DNA of 64,000 nucleotides from an uncultured Eubacteriaceae bacterium (GCA_964533615.1 CAZHMK010000005.1:141218-205217); one strand, 5' to 3'. Shown: positions 9,234 to 19,081, counted from the first letter of the stretch. Numbers and translations: made by a program. Notes: generated by a model from the sequence alone, not told the origin.

Positions 9234-9858
9234 ACTACACCTTCCTATCTTTATTTAATATTATAATACGATTATTGCTAATAATATTTTATCACAAAAA
9301 GACATTATATGAAATAATTGTAGGAACGGTTTTTGCAAGAAAACGGTAACAAATTTGATGAGAAAATGAGGAGACGTTTTATAAGAAAAAAGAAAGAGCA
9401 AGCAGTGATGTTTGTTTTGCAGAAAAGATATATAGGAAAGCGCACAGTGAACAGGTTGGTATTTGGTTTGATCGGCTATGCAGTGGACATTGGCTGAAAG
9501 ATTAGAAAGATTTGTGAAAGTTTGATTATTGAAACAAATAATACTTTTCTATCGTATTCTTTGATTATCAGCAGTGACACTGCCTTATAAGTTAGGAGTG
9601 GAGTTGCGAGAGGCCTCTTTAGATAAAAAGAGAACAAGGGATATCTTAAACAGAGTCGAAAGATTGCAGAGGGTATGTGCTAGTCTGATATATTTTAAAA
9701 GAAAGGAAATATTAAGTATGAGCTGAAGGTGTATGCTGAGCTATTAATTTTGCAAAAGAGTTATGATTGCCGGTTCAGTTCATATAAGAGAAAATAAAAT
9801 AATATCAAGCCGTGCCTATTATCGGCGTCCCTGAGGATTGGGGCAGAGAAAGTGAAAG

Positions 9859-10371
9859 CTAATCTCTGTTAAACACCAGCTCCAAGTCTATAATCTCACC
9901 TTTTGAACTTGTCAGTTGTGTATTGATACGCTCTGTAGCGCCGCCGTCGTAGGTGAACTGAATAAAATAATAAGGTTCGATCAGATCAATATATTGCTGC
10001 GGTGAACAGTCCATAATATATTTATTATTTTCATCGAATAAAGACATATAGCCTGTGTTTTGATTTTGACTGCATTCACATGAATTAGAACCCCAATTGA
10101 TTTGTGTGATTCGCAGATTCTCTATATCTTCCTCTCCGATATACTTAATCTCATAACGCGTTGCCATTTGTAATTTTTCATCACCGAAAGTGATGCCTTT
10201 CGGTACTTTGGGGCTGCCGTCGTACTCAAGCTGTACACGAACATTGACTTCATAGTTTTCATTCCCGCCTGCATAATTGCGGTAGACGGATACTGTTTTC
10301 CCGCATGATGTAAAGCTGAGAAGTAACAAGCAAAGGAACAGACACAGTAAAAAAATTTTTATTTGTTTCAA
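9859..10371 (-). CDS. Lipoprotein, family member 1
   Basis: Signal peptide with lipobox LSFTSC. Tandem paralog of 10387..10911. Confidence 0.8.
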   Translation of the reverse strand: MKQIKIFLLCLFLCLLLLSFTSCGKTVSVYRNYAGGNENYEVNVRVQLEYDGSPKVPKGITFGDEKLQMATRYEIKYIGEEDIENLRITQINWGSNSCECSQNQNTGYMSLFDENNKYIMDCSPQQYIDLIEPYYFIQFTYDGGATERINTQLTSSKGEIIDLELVFNRD

Positions 10372-10386
10372 TAGGATGCGGCCTCC

Positions 10387-10911
10387 TTAGTTTTGAGTAG
10401 TTTTTTCTGTAAACACTAAATCTAAGTCTGTAAGCTCGCCTTTTGAACTTGTCAGTTGTGTATTGATACGCTCTGTAGTGCCGTCGGCGTAGGTGAATTG
10501 CACGTAATACGCATGCTCGGTGATATCAATTGTTTGCATTGAATCTTTTGTGCTGTATTTATTATCTTCATCAAATAAATTCATATAGCCGCCGATTTGG
10601 TTTTGACTGAGCAAATAGTATTTATTCCCCCATTCTACTCCGGTAATTTGCAGATTTTCCACATCTTTTGTGCCGATATACGTGATATCATAATACATCA
10701 TAGTCGTTAAATTCTCATCATCATACATCAGGCCTTTCGGCACTTTGGAACTGCCGTCGTATTCAAACTGTATACGGACACTGACTTTATAGTTTTCATT
10801 CTCGCCTGCGTAATTGCGGTAGACGGATACTGTATTTTTACAAGAAGTAAAGCTGAGAAGCAAAGCAGACAGGAATAAAAATAACAGTAGTTTTTTTGCT
10901 TGTTTTAACAT
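10387..10911 (-). CDS. Lipoprotein, family member 2
   Basis: Signal peptide with lipobox LSFTSC. Shares VSVYRNYAG.NENY, LFDE.NKY and ERINTQLTSSKGE with its neighbour. Confidence 0.8.
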   Translation of the reverse strand: MLKQAKKLLLFLFLSALLLSFTSCKNTVSVYRNYAGENENYKVSVRIQFEYDGSSKVPKGLMYDDENLTTMMYYDITYIGTKDVENLQITGVEWGNKYYLLSQNQIGGYMNLFDEDNKYSTKDSMQTIDITEHAYYVQFTYADGTTERINTQLTSSKGELTDLDLVFTEKTTQN

Positions 10912-11249
10912 TGGTGCTATCTCCTTCGTTTTGTGTATTCTATTCAGGGAACACTAACTTGACAGTATATTTTATTAAATTTGAGAGCGATTATTTCACA
11001 TAAAAATATTTGTGATTCTATTCTTATCTTAGCTTATTATATTTTTGTCTGCATGTTTTGTCAATAACAAAATGAAATATAAAGGCTGTATGCGTTTTTA
11101 GCGTTATGCATGCAGCATTTTATAAATTAAAAAAATAAAAAATTTTCGCTATTAAAGTATAAAAATTTCTACATCGTATATACTATTTATGAACTAAAAT
11201 GTTAAAGCTTACCTATTTACCTTTCTGTCTTTAAAGTATTCTAAAACAA

Positions 11250-11290
11250 GGGTTTAAAGTGTCTTTACTTTAAACCCTTTCCATTTTTAT
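11250..11290. terminator. 11-bp hairpin terminator (bidirectional-looking)
   Basis: gggtttaaagt-gtcttt-actttaaaccc followed by tttccattttt. Confidence 0.55.
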
Positions 11291-11472
11291 CGCGTTTTAT
11301 AATGGCGAAATATGGGATTGCTTTATTTAGAGTATAGAGAATTTTATTTTGAAGAAACTAAAACTGCCTCTCCAAAATGTATTCAAGAGAAGGATCTTTT
11401 AATAAATTTTTTTCTATTTTAATTATTTTCTTTTTGAGGCTTAAAGCACCCCTCTTTAAGCCTTTTATAATT

Positions 11473-12351
11473 TTAAAGTTTGTTGCTGAGCATAAAGACC
11501 GAGATTTCCGGGTGATTAAAAAAACGAATGCCAAAAAGCCCGCTGGCAAGACCGCAATTGACGTAAAGCATATGATTATTGATTGTATAAAGCCCTGCAT
11601 CATAAGAGGGGAAAAACTTTACCTCCGGAGAAAGCAGACCGCCTATGAAAGGAATACGGATCAGACCGCCGTGCATATGGCCGCTTAAAGTGAGGTTGGC
11701 GCCCCATTCGGCATACGTTTTAAAATAGAGGGGATTATGCGTAAGCAGTATCGTAAAAGCATTTGATTTGCTGCCAAGAAGCTGATACATATTTTCCGGC
11801 TCAAAAGAATATATTTCACGAAGGTTTCTTAAGTTTCTGTAATAACGCAGATTGAACCAAAGTCCGTACAGGTCGATGGATTCTTCTTCTTTTTTCAGAG
11901 AGATTTTTTCGTTATCGAGCACGATGATACCGATGGATTGAATGGTATTGAGCAGTTCATCTTGCAGGGAGGCTAAAAGCATTTGCTCATGATTGCCGAT
12001 AACGTAATAGACCGGACATATTTTTACGAGACTGCGTGCAAGCGAATAAAAAGTATCAAAGCTAGTATGCGTGGAGCTGACCATATCACCTGTAAGAACG
12101 ATGATATCCGGCTGCTGCTCTTTGACTTTTCTCAGCAAGCAGGCATTATTTTTTCCATAGGATCTGCTGTGCAGGTCTGAGAGCTGGACGATCTTGTATC
12201 CGTTGAAAGAAGAAGGGATGTTTTCGTTTTTGATTGTAAGAAAGCGAACACTTAAAAGTGTGTTACTTAATAATAATTCCACAAGCAACAGAAAAATAAT
12301 AAGTAATAATATTTTTAGCATACGAGACCTTCTTTTTTTTATTTTTGTCAT
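11473..12351 (-). CDS. Membrane-anchored metallophosphoesterase (YkuE/calcineurin-like)
   Basis: Motifs LSDLHS, GDMV, GNHE, LTHNP and GHMHGG, with an N-terminal TM helix. Confidence 0.85.
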   Translation of the reverse strand: MTKIKKRRSRMLKILLLIIFLLLVELLLSNTLLSVRFLTIKNENIPSSFNGYKIVQLSDLHSRSYGKNNACLLRKVKEQQPDIIVLTGDMVSSTHTSFDTFYSLARSLVKICPVYYVIGNHEQMLLASLQDELLNTIQSIGIIVLDNEKISLKKEEESIDLYGLWFNLRYYRNLRNLREIYSFEPENMYQLLGSKSNAFTILLTHNPLYFKTYAEWGANLTLSGHMHGGLIRIPFIGGLLSPEVKFFPSYDAGLYTINNHMLYVNCGLASGLFGIRFFNHPEISVFMLSNKL

Positions 12352-12415
12352 GTATGTAAAGTCTTGCTCTTTCTTGTTGATAGAGAGAGATTATATCATA
12401 TAGCCAATGCGGATA

Positions 12416-13075
12416 CTATTGAAAAAGGGAATATTTTTTTACAAAAATGCCGGCTTTTTTTGCTACGGCAGCTCTTGGGTTATTCAATTGATTTTTCGCG
12501 AAATCCAATATTTCTCTTCTCATATGCGAAGAGAGAAAATATTTATCAAAACAATCGAGCAGATGGGAATAAAGAACGTTTTTACATTCGCCTGAAGGCT
12601 CGCCCTTCATATAATAGGTATTGCTTTGCGCTGAGAGAAGTTTTTTTGTGACTGTCTCTTCTAAGGCAGGCTTGGCGGCAATGATTTTCGGTGCGTTTTT
12701 TACAACATTGGAAGCAGTGATCATGGACTGTGAAGAGAGAAAAGAAAAATAAAACGCAAAAATAGATTCAAATTTATTTTCGCTATCGACTGATGCCATA
12801 TTCGCCAGTGTGAAGAGTGCGCCCCAACGGATGATGTTGCTTTCGCTTGATAAAAAAGATACGATCTTATCGTAGTAAGGATAGAGAAGCGAGGGATCTA
12901 TTTCACTTAATTGACGAACGATCTTTTCACAAAGAAATTTAGTCGCGCCTTTCTGTGAATTGATAAGATCCAGCAGCATGGGAATATTTTCAGGAGCGGA
13001 TAAGAATTCTTTAGTCAGTTGTTCTGTCTGCGGTTTTGATTTCAGTCTCATTAAAAACTGATCATATGTTAACAT
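12416..13075 (-). CDS. Hypothetical all-helical (HEAT/ARM-like) protein
   Basis: Long ORF with a helical repeat-like composition. No catalytic motif recognised. Confidence 0.5.
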   Translation of the reverse strand: MLTYDQFLMRLKSKPQTEQLTKEFLSAPENIPMLLDLINSQKGATKFLCEKIVRQLSEIDPSLLYPYYDKIVSFLSSESNIIRWGALFTLANMASVDSENKFESIFAFYFSFLSSQSMITASNVVKNAPKIIAAKPALEETVTKKLLSAQSNTYYMKGEPSGECKNVLYSHLLDCFDKYFLSSHMRREILDFAKNQLNNPRAAVAKKAGIFVKKYSLFQ

Positions 13076-13187
13076 ATTAAAAACCTCAATTTTATTTTAA
13101 TTTTATTTAGATTTTAAAATAAATTAGCAGAAAATACCAGTTTATTTTAAAGCATATTTTTTTTACTCAAGGGAATAGTATACTCAT

Positions 13188-13270
13188 CACTGCGGCGAGT
13201 GCAGTGGAGAAAATAGGCTTATATTGGAATAGACTTATGTTTATTGCTTTTGAGTCTATTTTCTTTTTTT
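13188..13270 (+). repeat. Second repeat family, copy A
   Basis: cactgc-N7-gcagtg hairpin, then gagaaaataggc ... gagtctattttcttttttt. Confidence 0.65.
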
Positions 13271-13336
13271 AAATAAAATTAAAGTGCAAAATTTTTCCAA
13301 GAATAAAAGAATACGATCTGAGCAAAATAAGACTGT

Positions 13337-13415
13337 CACTGCGAACAGGCAGTGGAGAAAGTAGGCTTTTAAAAGCAGGTCTGAGGATTTGATTTTTTAG
13401 GTCTATTTTCTTTTT
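13337..13415 (+). repeat. Second repeat family, copy B
   Basis: cactgcgaacaggcagtggagaaagtaggc ... aggtctattttcttttt. It abuts the stop codon of 13414..13875. Confidence 0.65.
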
Positions 13416-13875
13416 ACAAGCAGTTTTTTACAAATTCAACCGGGTGCTGTGTACGGGAGGCGATTTCATCGATTGAAAGCCCTTGATCATAGAAGCGGTG
13501 CACAACGCATGTCATGCTTTCGCCCACTTCTATGATGTGATGATCCGGATCATAAAAGCGAACAACTCTTTGGCCCCAGGAATATTCAACAAGGGGATGA
13601 ATATATTCTATGGGACAAGCCGAAAGTTTATTCAAAAATTCATCAAATCGGTTTTCTTCAAAATACAATTCAAAACTGTTTGAGCCAAACGCAATAGCGG
13701 CTTTTTCTTTTTCAATAAATTTCTGCCAGCTATCCAAAGATTGAAGAGAAAAATTACCGTCAAAGGTAATGTTGGCGCCAAAATCCAAAATGACTTCCTG
13801 ACCTAAAACTTCCTCATAAAATTTACGTGATCGTGCCAGATCGCGTACAACGATCAGCGGACAAAAGAATTTCAT
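13414..13875 (-). CDS. VOC/glyoxalase-bleomycin resistance family protein
   Basis: N-terminal FCPLIVVRDLARSRKFYEEVLG is typical of the VOC fold. About 150 aa. Confidence 0.75.
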   Translation of the reverse strand: MKFFCPLIVVRDLARSRKFYEEVLGQEVILDFGANITFDGNFSLQSLDSWQKFIEKEKAAIAFGSNSFELYFEENRFDEFLNKLSACPIEYIHPLVEYSWGQRVVRFYDPDHHIIEVGESMTCVVHRFYDQGLSIDEIASRTQHPVEFVKNCL

Positions 13876-14012
13876 TGCCTGTGCTCCTTTTTTTAAATAA
13901 TATAAAAATTTAAAAATTTTTCGTCAAGTTTTCACACAATAAGCATAAGATATAATAGGAAATATTTCCAATATTATTTAAGCATATTTATAAAAAACGG
14001 GTCAAAATCTAT

Positions 14013-14088
14013 AACTGCTTAAGCAGTGGTTGGGAGAAACAGGCATAAAGGTCAAATTTTTTATGGCTTTTAGGTCTGTTTCTTTTTT
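14013..14088 (+). repeat. Second repeat family, copy C (diverged)
   Basis: aactgcttaagcagtgg..gggagaaacaggc ... taggtctgtttctttttt. It abuts the stop codon of 14087..14575. Confidence 0.55.
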
Positions 14089-14575
14089 AATCGAAATTTT
14101 TCATAACAAGCAGAGGATTAAAACAAATGGTGTAATTATCTACAGTAAAAAAAAGGCCATGTATGCTGATGAACTGTTCAAGCGCCATTTCAATAAATTT
14201 TTCGGTCACCTCTAAGAATTCCGCAAGTTCTGCACGATTGGCAACCCCTGCATTGAATGCGTCGATGAAGTCGCGCGGCTGGATCAATTTTTCTGCCGCC
14301 CAGCGGCGTGCTCTTTTTTCGGCCTTGACATTTTCTGTCTTGCTTTGATCGAGGATATTTCCGCAGGATGTGTAGTGATGGCCAAGCTCCTCGGCCAAAA
14401 TACAGGTTTCTTCGGCGGTAGTAGACAGATTTTTATTCAAAGCGATCGTGTTATCGCAGTAAAGTGCTTTTATTTTTCCCGCAAGCTGGCAATGGAGTAT
14501 TTCTATGTCATCATCGATAAAGCGTTTCAGAATGGAAAAATCAGACATGCGGCTTTGCCCCCAAATAGATTTCAT
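14087..14575 (-). CDS. ImmA/IrrE-like protein with altered metal motif
   Basis: KALYCDNTIALNKNLSTTAEETCILAEELGHHYT matches the ImmA-type layout. The HExxH position reads EELGH (first His replaced by Glu). No adjacent XRE partner. Confidence 0.55.
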   Translation of the reverse strand: MKSIWGQSRMSDFSILKRFIDDDIEILHCQLAGKIKALYCDNTIALNKNLSTTAEETCILAEELGHHYTSCGNILDQSKTENVKAEKRARRWAAEKLIQPRDFIDAFNAGVANRAELAEFLEVTEKFIEMALEQFISIHGLFFTVDNYTICFNPLLVMKNFD

Positions 14576-14689
14576 GATGTTATTGTAGCATAAACAAAAC
14601 AGAATATGCTACAACAAATTTGATTTTTATGTACCGATTATGTCGCCTGGAGAGCACGAGAATATTCAGCGGATTCAACGAAAGGATTC

Positions 14690-15065
14690 GAGGGGCTGTG
14701 ATATATTTTATAAGCAAAACCATTCCGCCGGATTCGCAGGCGTGCTCAGAATGACGGTGTTAGGTTTTACGATATGTATTGTTAAGAAGATCAAAAGAAT
14801 AATTTGCCAAAGCTTGTTTGCATTACAGAGTATGTGCCGTTCATTGCCGGATTTACAAATGATGTTTGCAAGGATGTTATTCTTATTTTTCAATTCCTTT
14901 TTTCAATACTTTAAACTCATCCCCTTTCCTCCATCCAACCGGATCTTTCGACTGCGCTCAAGATGACCCTGCTGTTTTCTGTTTTATATGGTTGATATGA
15001 TGATCATCATTGAGAAAGCCCGCCTTATCAGATTCGCAGGCTGCGCTCAGAATGATACTGCCTTG
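14690..15065 (+). repeat. Dispersed repeat family, cluster 3
   Basis: Cores at about 14721-14757 (gattcgcaggcgtgctcagaatgac), 14936-14969 (ccggatctttcgactgcgctcaagatgacc) and 15019-15058. Confidence 0.8.
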
Positions 15066-15187
15066 TTGAGAAAGGGTTTGTGGAAAAAACGCTGAGAGAG
15101 CGGATGGCATAGGTCAAATCTTGAAAGAAACACAAGCGAGCCGCTGAGAGCAGCGGGTGTTTATAATTTAAAAAAGAGAATTACTGA

Positions 15188-15592
15188 TTAATTTTCAAGC
15201 GATGTTAAAAACATAGGGGTTTCGTGCTCTCCGATATCAAAACCGCAGTTTTTATAAAAATTGACTTTTTGATCATAGGAAATCAACACAAGTCTTAAAT
15301 AGCTTTTATACTTTTCTTTTACTAAACGAAGCAGTTCTCTGCCGACTCCATGTGATTGATAGCTTGGTCTGATCAATAAAAAATGAATATACGCAGTCAT
15401 GATGCCGTCGTCTAATACATTGATAAGACCTATGAGAGTCTCGCCATCCCAAGCTGTGTAGACGGTATCTGAATTTTTCATGGCTTCAGAAATTTTATCG
15501 GGATACTTGCCGGAAGCCCAATCAACGGATAGAAAAAGATCCTGCAATTGCTGTGTATTGATAACTTTATTTACTTTGTAGATGATGTTCAT
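15188..15592 (-). CDS. GNAT family N-acetyltransferase
   Basis: Motif A LLIRPSYQSHGVGRELL. Overlaps the upstream CGNR gene by 26 nt. Confidence 0.85.
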   Translation of the reverse strand: MNIIYKVNKVINTQQLQDLFLSVDWASGKYPDKISEAMKNSDTVYTAWDGETLIGLINVLDDGIMTAYIHFLLIRPSYQSHGVGRELLRLVKEKYKSYLRLVLISYDQKVNFYKNCGFDIGEHETPMFLTSLEN

Positions 15593-16151
15593 TGTATCTC
15601 TCCTTTTGTCTTTCTCTGAATTTGCGTACTTTCATAAGAGATGCGCAAGTGTTATCGCACCATTTTCGCGTGCCTGCACGGCTTAGATCATAATAAATCC
15701 AGCCACAGTCGGGATTTTGACAAAGTTTTATGCGATCGATATCTAATTGAGTTAAAAGTTCGGCGAAAGAGAGCGCTATTTGGTATGTGATCCACTGCAT
15801 ATTTTCTTTTTTTGGAACTGTCTTTAATTGAAAGGTATTATTTACAGATTCCAATGTTTGATAAGAAACAGGAGATAAATACGCATTTAACCGGGAAATA
15901 GCTTTTTTGGATAACTTTTTTGTTTTGCAGAATTCAACAGCTACCTCGCTTAAAAAAGCTCTCAGGCCGATTAATGTTTTCATATCTTCGATATTTTCTA
16001 CATTTACTTCTTTCAGTTTCCATTTTTCACAAAAATCATGCATCCATTTTTGGCTATATAAAGGGTCTTCAAACAGCTGATGTGTTTTATACCATTTGCT
16101 GTTGATAAACTCAAGACATAACAAATCCATATTGTAACCTCCATAATGCAT
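15567..16151 (-). CDS. ABATE/CGNR zinc-finger putative regulator
   Basis: C-terminal CQNPDCGWIYYDLSRAGTRKWCDNTC...KVRKFR matches the CGNR zinc-finger pattern. Confidence 0.7.
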   Translation of the reverse strand: MHYGGYNMDLLCLEFINSKWYKTHQLFEDPLYSQKWMHDFCEKWKLKEVNVENIEDMKTLIGLRAFLSEVAVEFCKTKKLSKKAISRLNAYLSPVSYQTLESVNNTFQLKTVPKKENMQWITYQIALSFAELLTQLDIDRIKLCQNPDCGWIYYDLSRAGTRKWCDNTCASLMKVRKFRERQKERYNEHHLQSK

Positions 16152-16259
16152 ATTGACAGTTACATTTTAACGTGTTACATTTATTATAATGATGTAACTA
16201 TATTATGTCAATAAAAACGTTACACATTCTTGTTTTTTTATTTGGAGGGTTTTTTTATT

Positions 16260-16883
16260 GTGTTCACCATCGACTTGACAAAATATATTATTTTTTTAGG
16301 ATCTACATTCGTTCTCTGTATCATACCGGGACCTGATATGCTGTATATTATAGCTACAAGTATTCGGCTTGGAAGAAAAGCAGGGATAATGGCTGCGCTT
16401 GGAATATCGGTGAGCATGTTATTTTACACGATTGCTGTGAGCTGCGGACTGGCCGCTTTTTTCAATATTTCGAATCACGCTTTTCATCTATTGCAAGTTT
16501 GCGGCAGCCTTTATTTGATTTTAATCGGCATACAAACTTTGCATGATACTAAGAAACTAAACGCAAAAACAAACGGTCAAGAACAATCAACACTGATGAC
16601 ATTTCGACAGGCATTGTTTACAAATTTAATGAATCCTAAAGTTATTTTCTTTTATATTGCTTATTTGCCCCGGTTTACAAACAAGGCTCTTGGACATGTG
16701 GGCAGTCAGTTATTGCTGTTAGGATTTAGCTTTTTGCTGATCGGCTTTATAATAGATGCTGCGATAGGCCTGCTGAGTACTTATATTGCCGGCATTATAG
16801 TACATAATAAATCCTCAAAATTTTTTAAAATTCTTTCTGCTCTGATTTATTTTGCTTTGGGAATTTATATATTGCTCGGCTAA
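16260..16883 (+). CDS. LysE/RhtB family amino-acid exporter
   Basis: N-terminal FLGSTFVLCIIPGPDMLYI with a 6-TM layout. Start moved to GTG 16260, which lies 10 nt after RBS ggaggg; the ORF track starts at TTG 16230. Confidence 0.8.
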   Translation: MFTIDLTKYIIFLGSTFVLCIIPGPDMLYIIATSIRLGRKAGIMAALGISVSMLFYTIAVSCGLAAFFNISNHAFHLLQVCGSLYLILIGIQTLHDTKKLNAKTNGQEQSTLMTFRQALFTNLMNPKVIFFYIAYLPRFTNKALGHVGSQLLLLGFSFLLIGFIIDAAIGLLSTYIAGIIVHNKSSKFFKILSALIYFALGIYILLG

Positions 16884-16953
16884 ATATTTAGAGCAATTTA
16901 GAAACAAAAGAATAAATTGATAATGAAAAAATAAAAATTTTTTAAAAAAGGTA

Positions 16954-17013
16954 TTGACAATATTTACAAAAAGTGGTAAATATAAATTAGCACTCATCAA
17001 GAGAGAGTGCTAA
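16954..17013 (+). promoter_or_regulatory. Sigma-A promoter plus perfect CIRCE (HrcA operator)
   Basis: TTGACA (16954-16959), a 17-nt spacer, then TAAATA. This is followed by TTAGCACTC-N9-GAGTGCTAA at 16987-17013, identical to the CIRCE consensus. Confidence 0.85.
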
Positions 17014-17042
17014 CAAAATAAAAAATAAAGGAGTTGTTGATC

Positions 17043-17489
17043 ATGGCTGGATTAGTACCATTTAACAGAAAAGGAACAAATTTAGCAAACAGAGGTTTTG
17101 ATGATTTCTACAACATGCTTGACGACTTTTTCGCTGAACCATTCGCGCTTCGCAGAAGCTTTGCTGCGGATACTTTTAAAATAGATGTTGTAGAAAACGA
17201 AAAAGATTATCTTATCGAGGCGGATTTGCCGGGCGTTAAAAAAGAAGAAATCAGTATGGATATGACAGACGGCAGACTTACCATTGCAGTTGCCAGAGAA
17301 GAAAACAAAGACGAAAGCACTAAAAATTACATCCATAAAGAGAGAAGGTATTCTTCCATGGCCAGAGGGATTTATTTAGCTGACGCTTCCGGTAAAAATA
17401 TCAAAGCAAAGTTAAGCGACGGTATGCTGAGCATTATGGTTCCCAAAGCGGAAAAACCCGAAGGAAAAAACAAGATAGAAATAGAATAA
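17043..17489 (+). CDS. Hsp20/alpha-crystallin small heat-shock protein
   Basis: Alpha-crystallin domain FKIDVVENEKDYLIEADLPGVKKEEI. ATG 17043 lies 9 nt after RBS aaaggag. Confidence 0.9.
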   Translation: MAGLVPFNRKGTNLANRGFDDFYNMLDDFFAEPFALRRSFAADTFKIDVVENEKDYLIEADLPGVKKEEISMDMTDGRLTIAVAREENKDESTKNYIHKERRYSSMARGIYLADASGKNIKAKLSDGMLSIMVPKAEKPEGKNKIEIE

Positions 17490-17526
17490 ACAGAAATCAA
17501 TTTTCATGAATGCAACCTCACCTCAA

Positions 17527-17558
17527 AACAAGCAGGGCAGCCTGCTTGTTTTATTTTA
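17527..17558 (+). terminator. Terminator of hsp20
   Basis: aacaagcagg-gcag-cctgcttgtt followed by ttatttta. Confidence 0.75.
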
Positions 17559-17605
17559 TTATATATGTTATATTGAAAAAGATATAAAAACGGGGTTGTG
17601 TTGTT

Positions 17606-18142
17606 ATGAAAGAAGTATGTAAAAATATGAAAGACTGTATTGCTGCGTCCAAAAAATTTGAACATTTAAAGAAAGAGGAAATACCGGCTATTGCTGATGA
17701 AGACTTGCGCTTTGCCATCATGAGCTGGATCAGCGGACAGATAAGCGATGATTGCAGCAATGAATTCAAAGTGATTTCTTCACTGCCGAAACCTTGTCAA
17801 AATGTGTATGCATGCTGTGCCATTGCGGATGAGATATGCAACGGCGGATTTAACCAGTTGTTTTTCAACGCCACGGTGCAATTGATACAGATAGCACGGG
17901 AAGGTTTTTTGGAAATGGGGGAAGAAGAGATTGACGAGCTTTTAGAAAAAGCGATTGAAATTTATCATGATAATGAAGAAAAACTGCAGCAATTTGTTGA
18001 GGGAGCATGTGATAGTGCTGCGGCATCATTTGCGCAGCAGTTATTTCATGAACTGGACAGCAAGGTTGTATGTCACGAAAAAGAATTTGACGCTATGGTG
18101 GTTGCCTATATTCGTAAAAACGAAGAATATTTTGGTGATTGA
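17606..18142 (+). CDS. DUF4375 (DMP19-like) domain protein
   Basis: The CNGGFNQLFFN motif is characteristic of that family. Acidic helical protein. Confidence 0.55.
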   Translation: MKEVCKNMKDCIAASKKFEHLKKEEIPAIADEDLRFAIMSWISGQISDDCSNEFKVISSLPKPCQNVYACCAIADEICNGGFNQLFFNATVQLIQIAREGFLEMGEEEIDELLEKAIEIYHDNEEKLQQFVEGACDSAAASFAQQLFHELDSKVVCHEKEFDAMVVAYIRKNEEYFGD

Positions 18143-18162
18143 AGACGATCGAGTGATTAAAA

Positions 18163-18197
18163 AAACAAGCAGTGAGACGACTGCTTGTTTTTTTGTT
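18163..18197 (+). terminator. Terminator
   Basis: acaagcag-N8-ctgcttgt followed by a T run. Confidence 0.7.
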
Positions 18198-18445
18198 GTT
18201 CGGTATTTTTGCATAAGAGAAATTTTTCCGATCAGAATTCTTGACTATATTTAAAATGATACTGCTCTTTAACATTCTTTTTATCATGATGGATAAATGC
18301 CTTTCTATAATCGAGGCATTTGTAGAAAGTAAGGTTTTCTGGATTCTTTGACAGATATTCTATTTTTAAAAATAAAGTAAGCATATTTGAAAAGAGTATA
18401 TTATTTGTTTAAGCATACTATAAAATGAACTTATTTTCCTGATTT

Positions 18446-19081
18446 CTAATCAATCGAATTTAGTTTCTTTTCTATTTCTTTTCTCAGCTTTAATGTTTTT
18501 GCAAGCTTTTTCCCCGCTTCTGCTGCTTGATCTAATATTTTTTCGTTATTCAAAGCAGCTTGTTTTTTAAATAAACCCAATGCTTGAAGAGTATCAATCA
18601 CCCGGTAGCCCAAGGCTTCCAACGGTTTTGTCATAGCCTCGATTGTGCATCCCATATCAGCCTCAAAGTGTTGTTCGCATACAGCCATGACAACCGCATA
18701 TTTACCTCCAAGCACTTCGCCAATACCCATCCAGACACTGCGGTCATCTTCTGCGAACACTTCAAAGCAATAGCACCTGTCGATAAAAGCTTTCACTACG
18801 GCGGACACATTGTAAAAATAAGTCGGCGAACCCAGGATAATGGCATCGGCTTCAAGCAGACGCGGATATAATTTCTGCATATCATCATTGATCACACACT
18901 TATAAGTGTTTTTGCAGCCTTCACAGCCGGTACAATCTTTTATGACATAATCACCGAGAAAAATTATCTCGGCTTGTATACCTTCTTCTACAGCGGCCTC
19001 AACAGCTTTTTGGATAAGAGCGGATGTATTTCCATCTTTTCTCTTGCTTCCGATGATCCCTAAAATTTTGATAATAAACAC
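18446..19081 (-). CDS. Flavodoxin-like FMN reductase / iron-sulfur flavoprotein
   Basis: ILGIIGSKRKDGNTS plus the Cys cluster CTGCEGCKNTYKC. The start is uncertain because GTG 19081 directly abuts the RBS. Confidence 0.75.
   Translation of the reverse strand: MFIIKILGIIGSKRKDGNTSALIQKAVEAAVEEGIQAEIIFLGDYVIKDCTGCEGCKNTYKCVINDDMQKLYPRLLEADAIILGSPTYFYNVSAVVKAFIDRCYCFEVFAEDDRSVWMGIGEVLGGKYAVVMAVCEQHFEADMGCTIEAMTKPLEALGYRVIDTLQALGLFKKQAALNNEKILDQAAEAGKKLAKTLKLRKEIEKKLNSID

Noticed and set aside
11358-11688. ORFs overlap the 3' end of the metallophosphoesterase gene (11358-11603 minus strand, 11377-11688 plus strand).
   Set aside because: They overlap a motif-supported gene and the downstream spacer, and they have no independent support.
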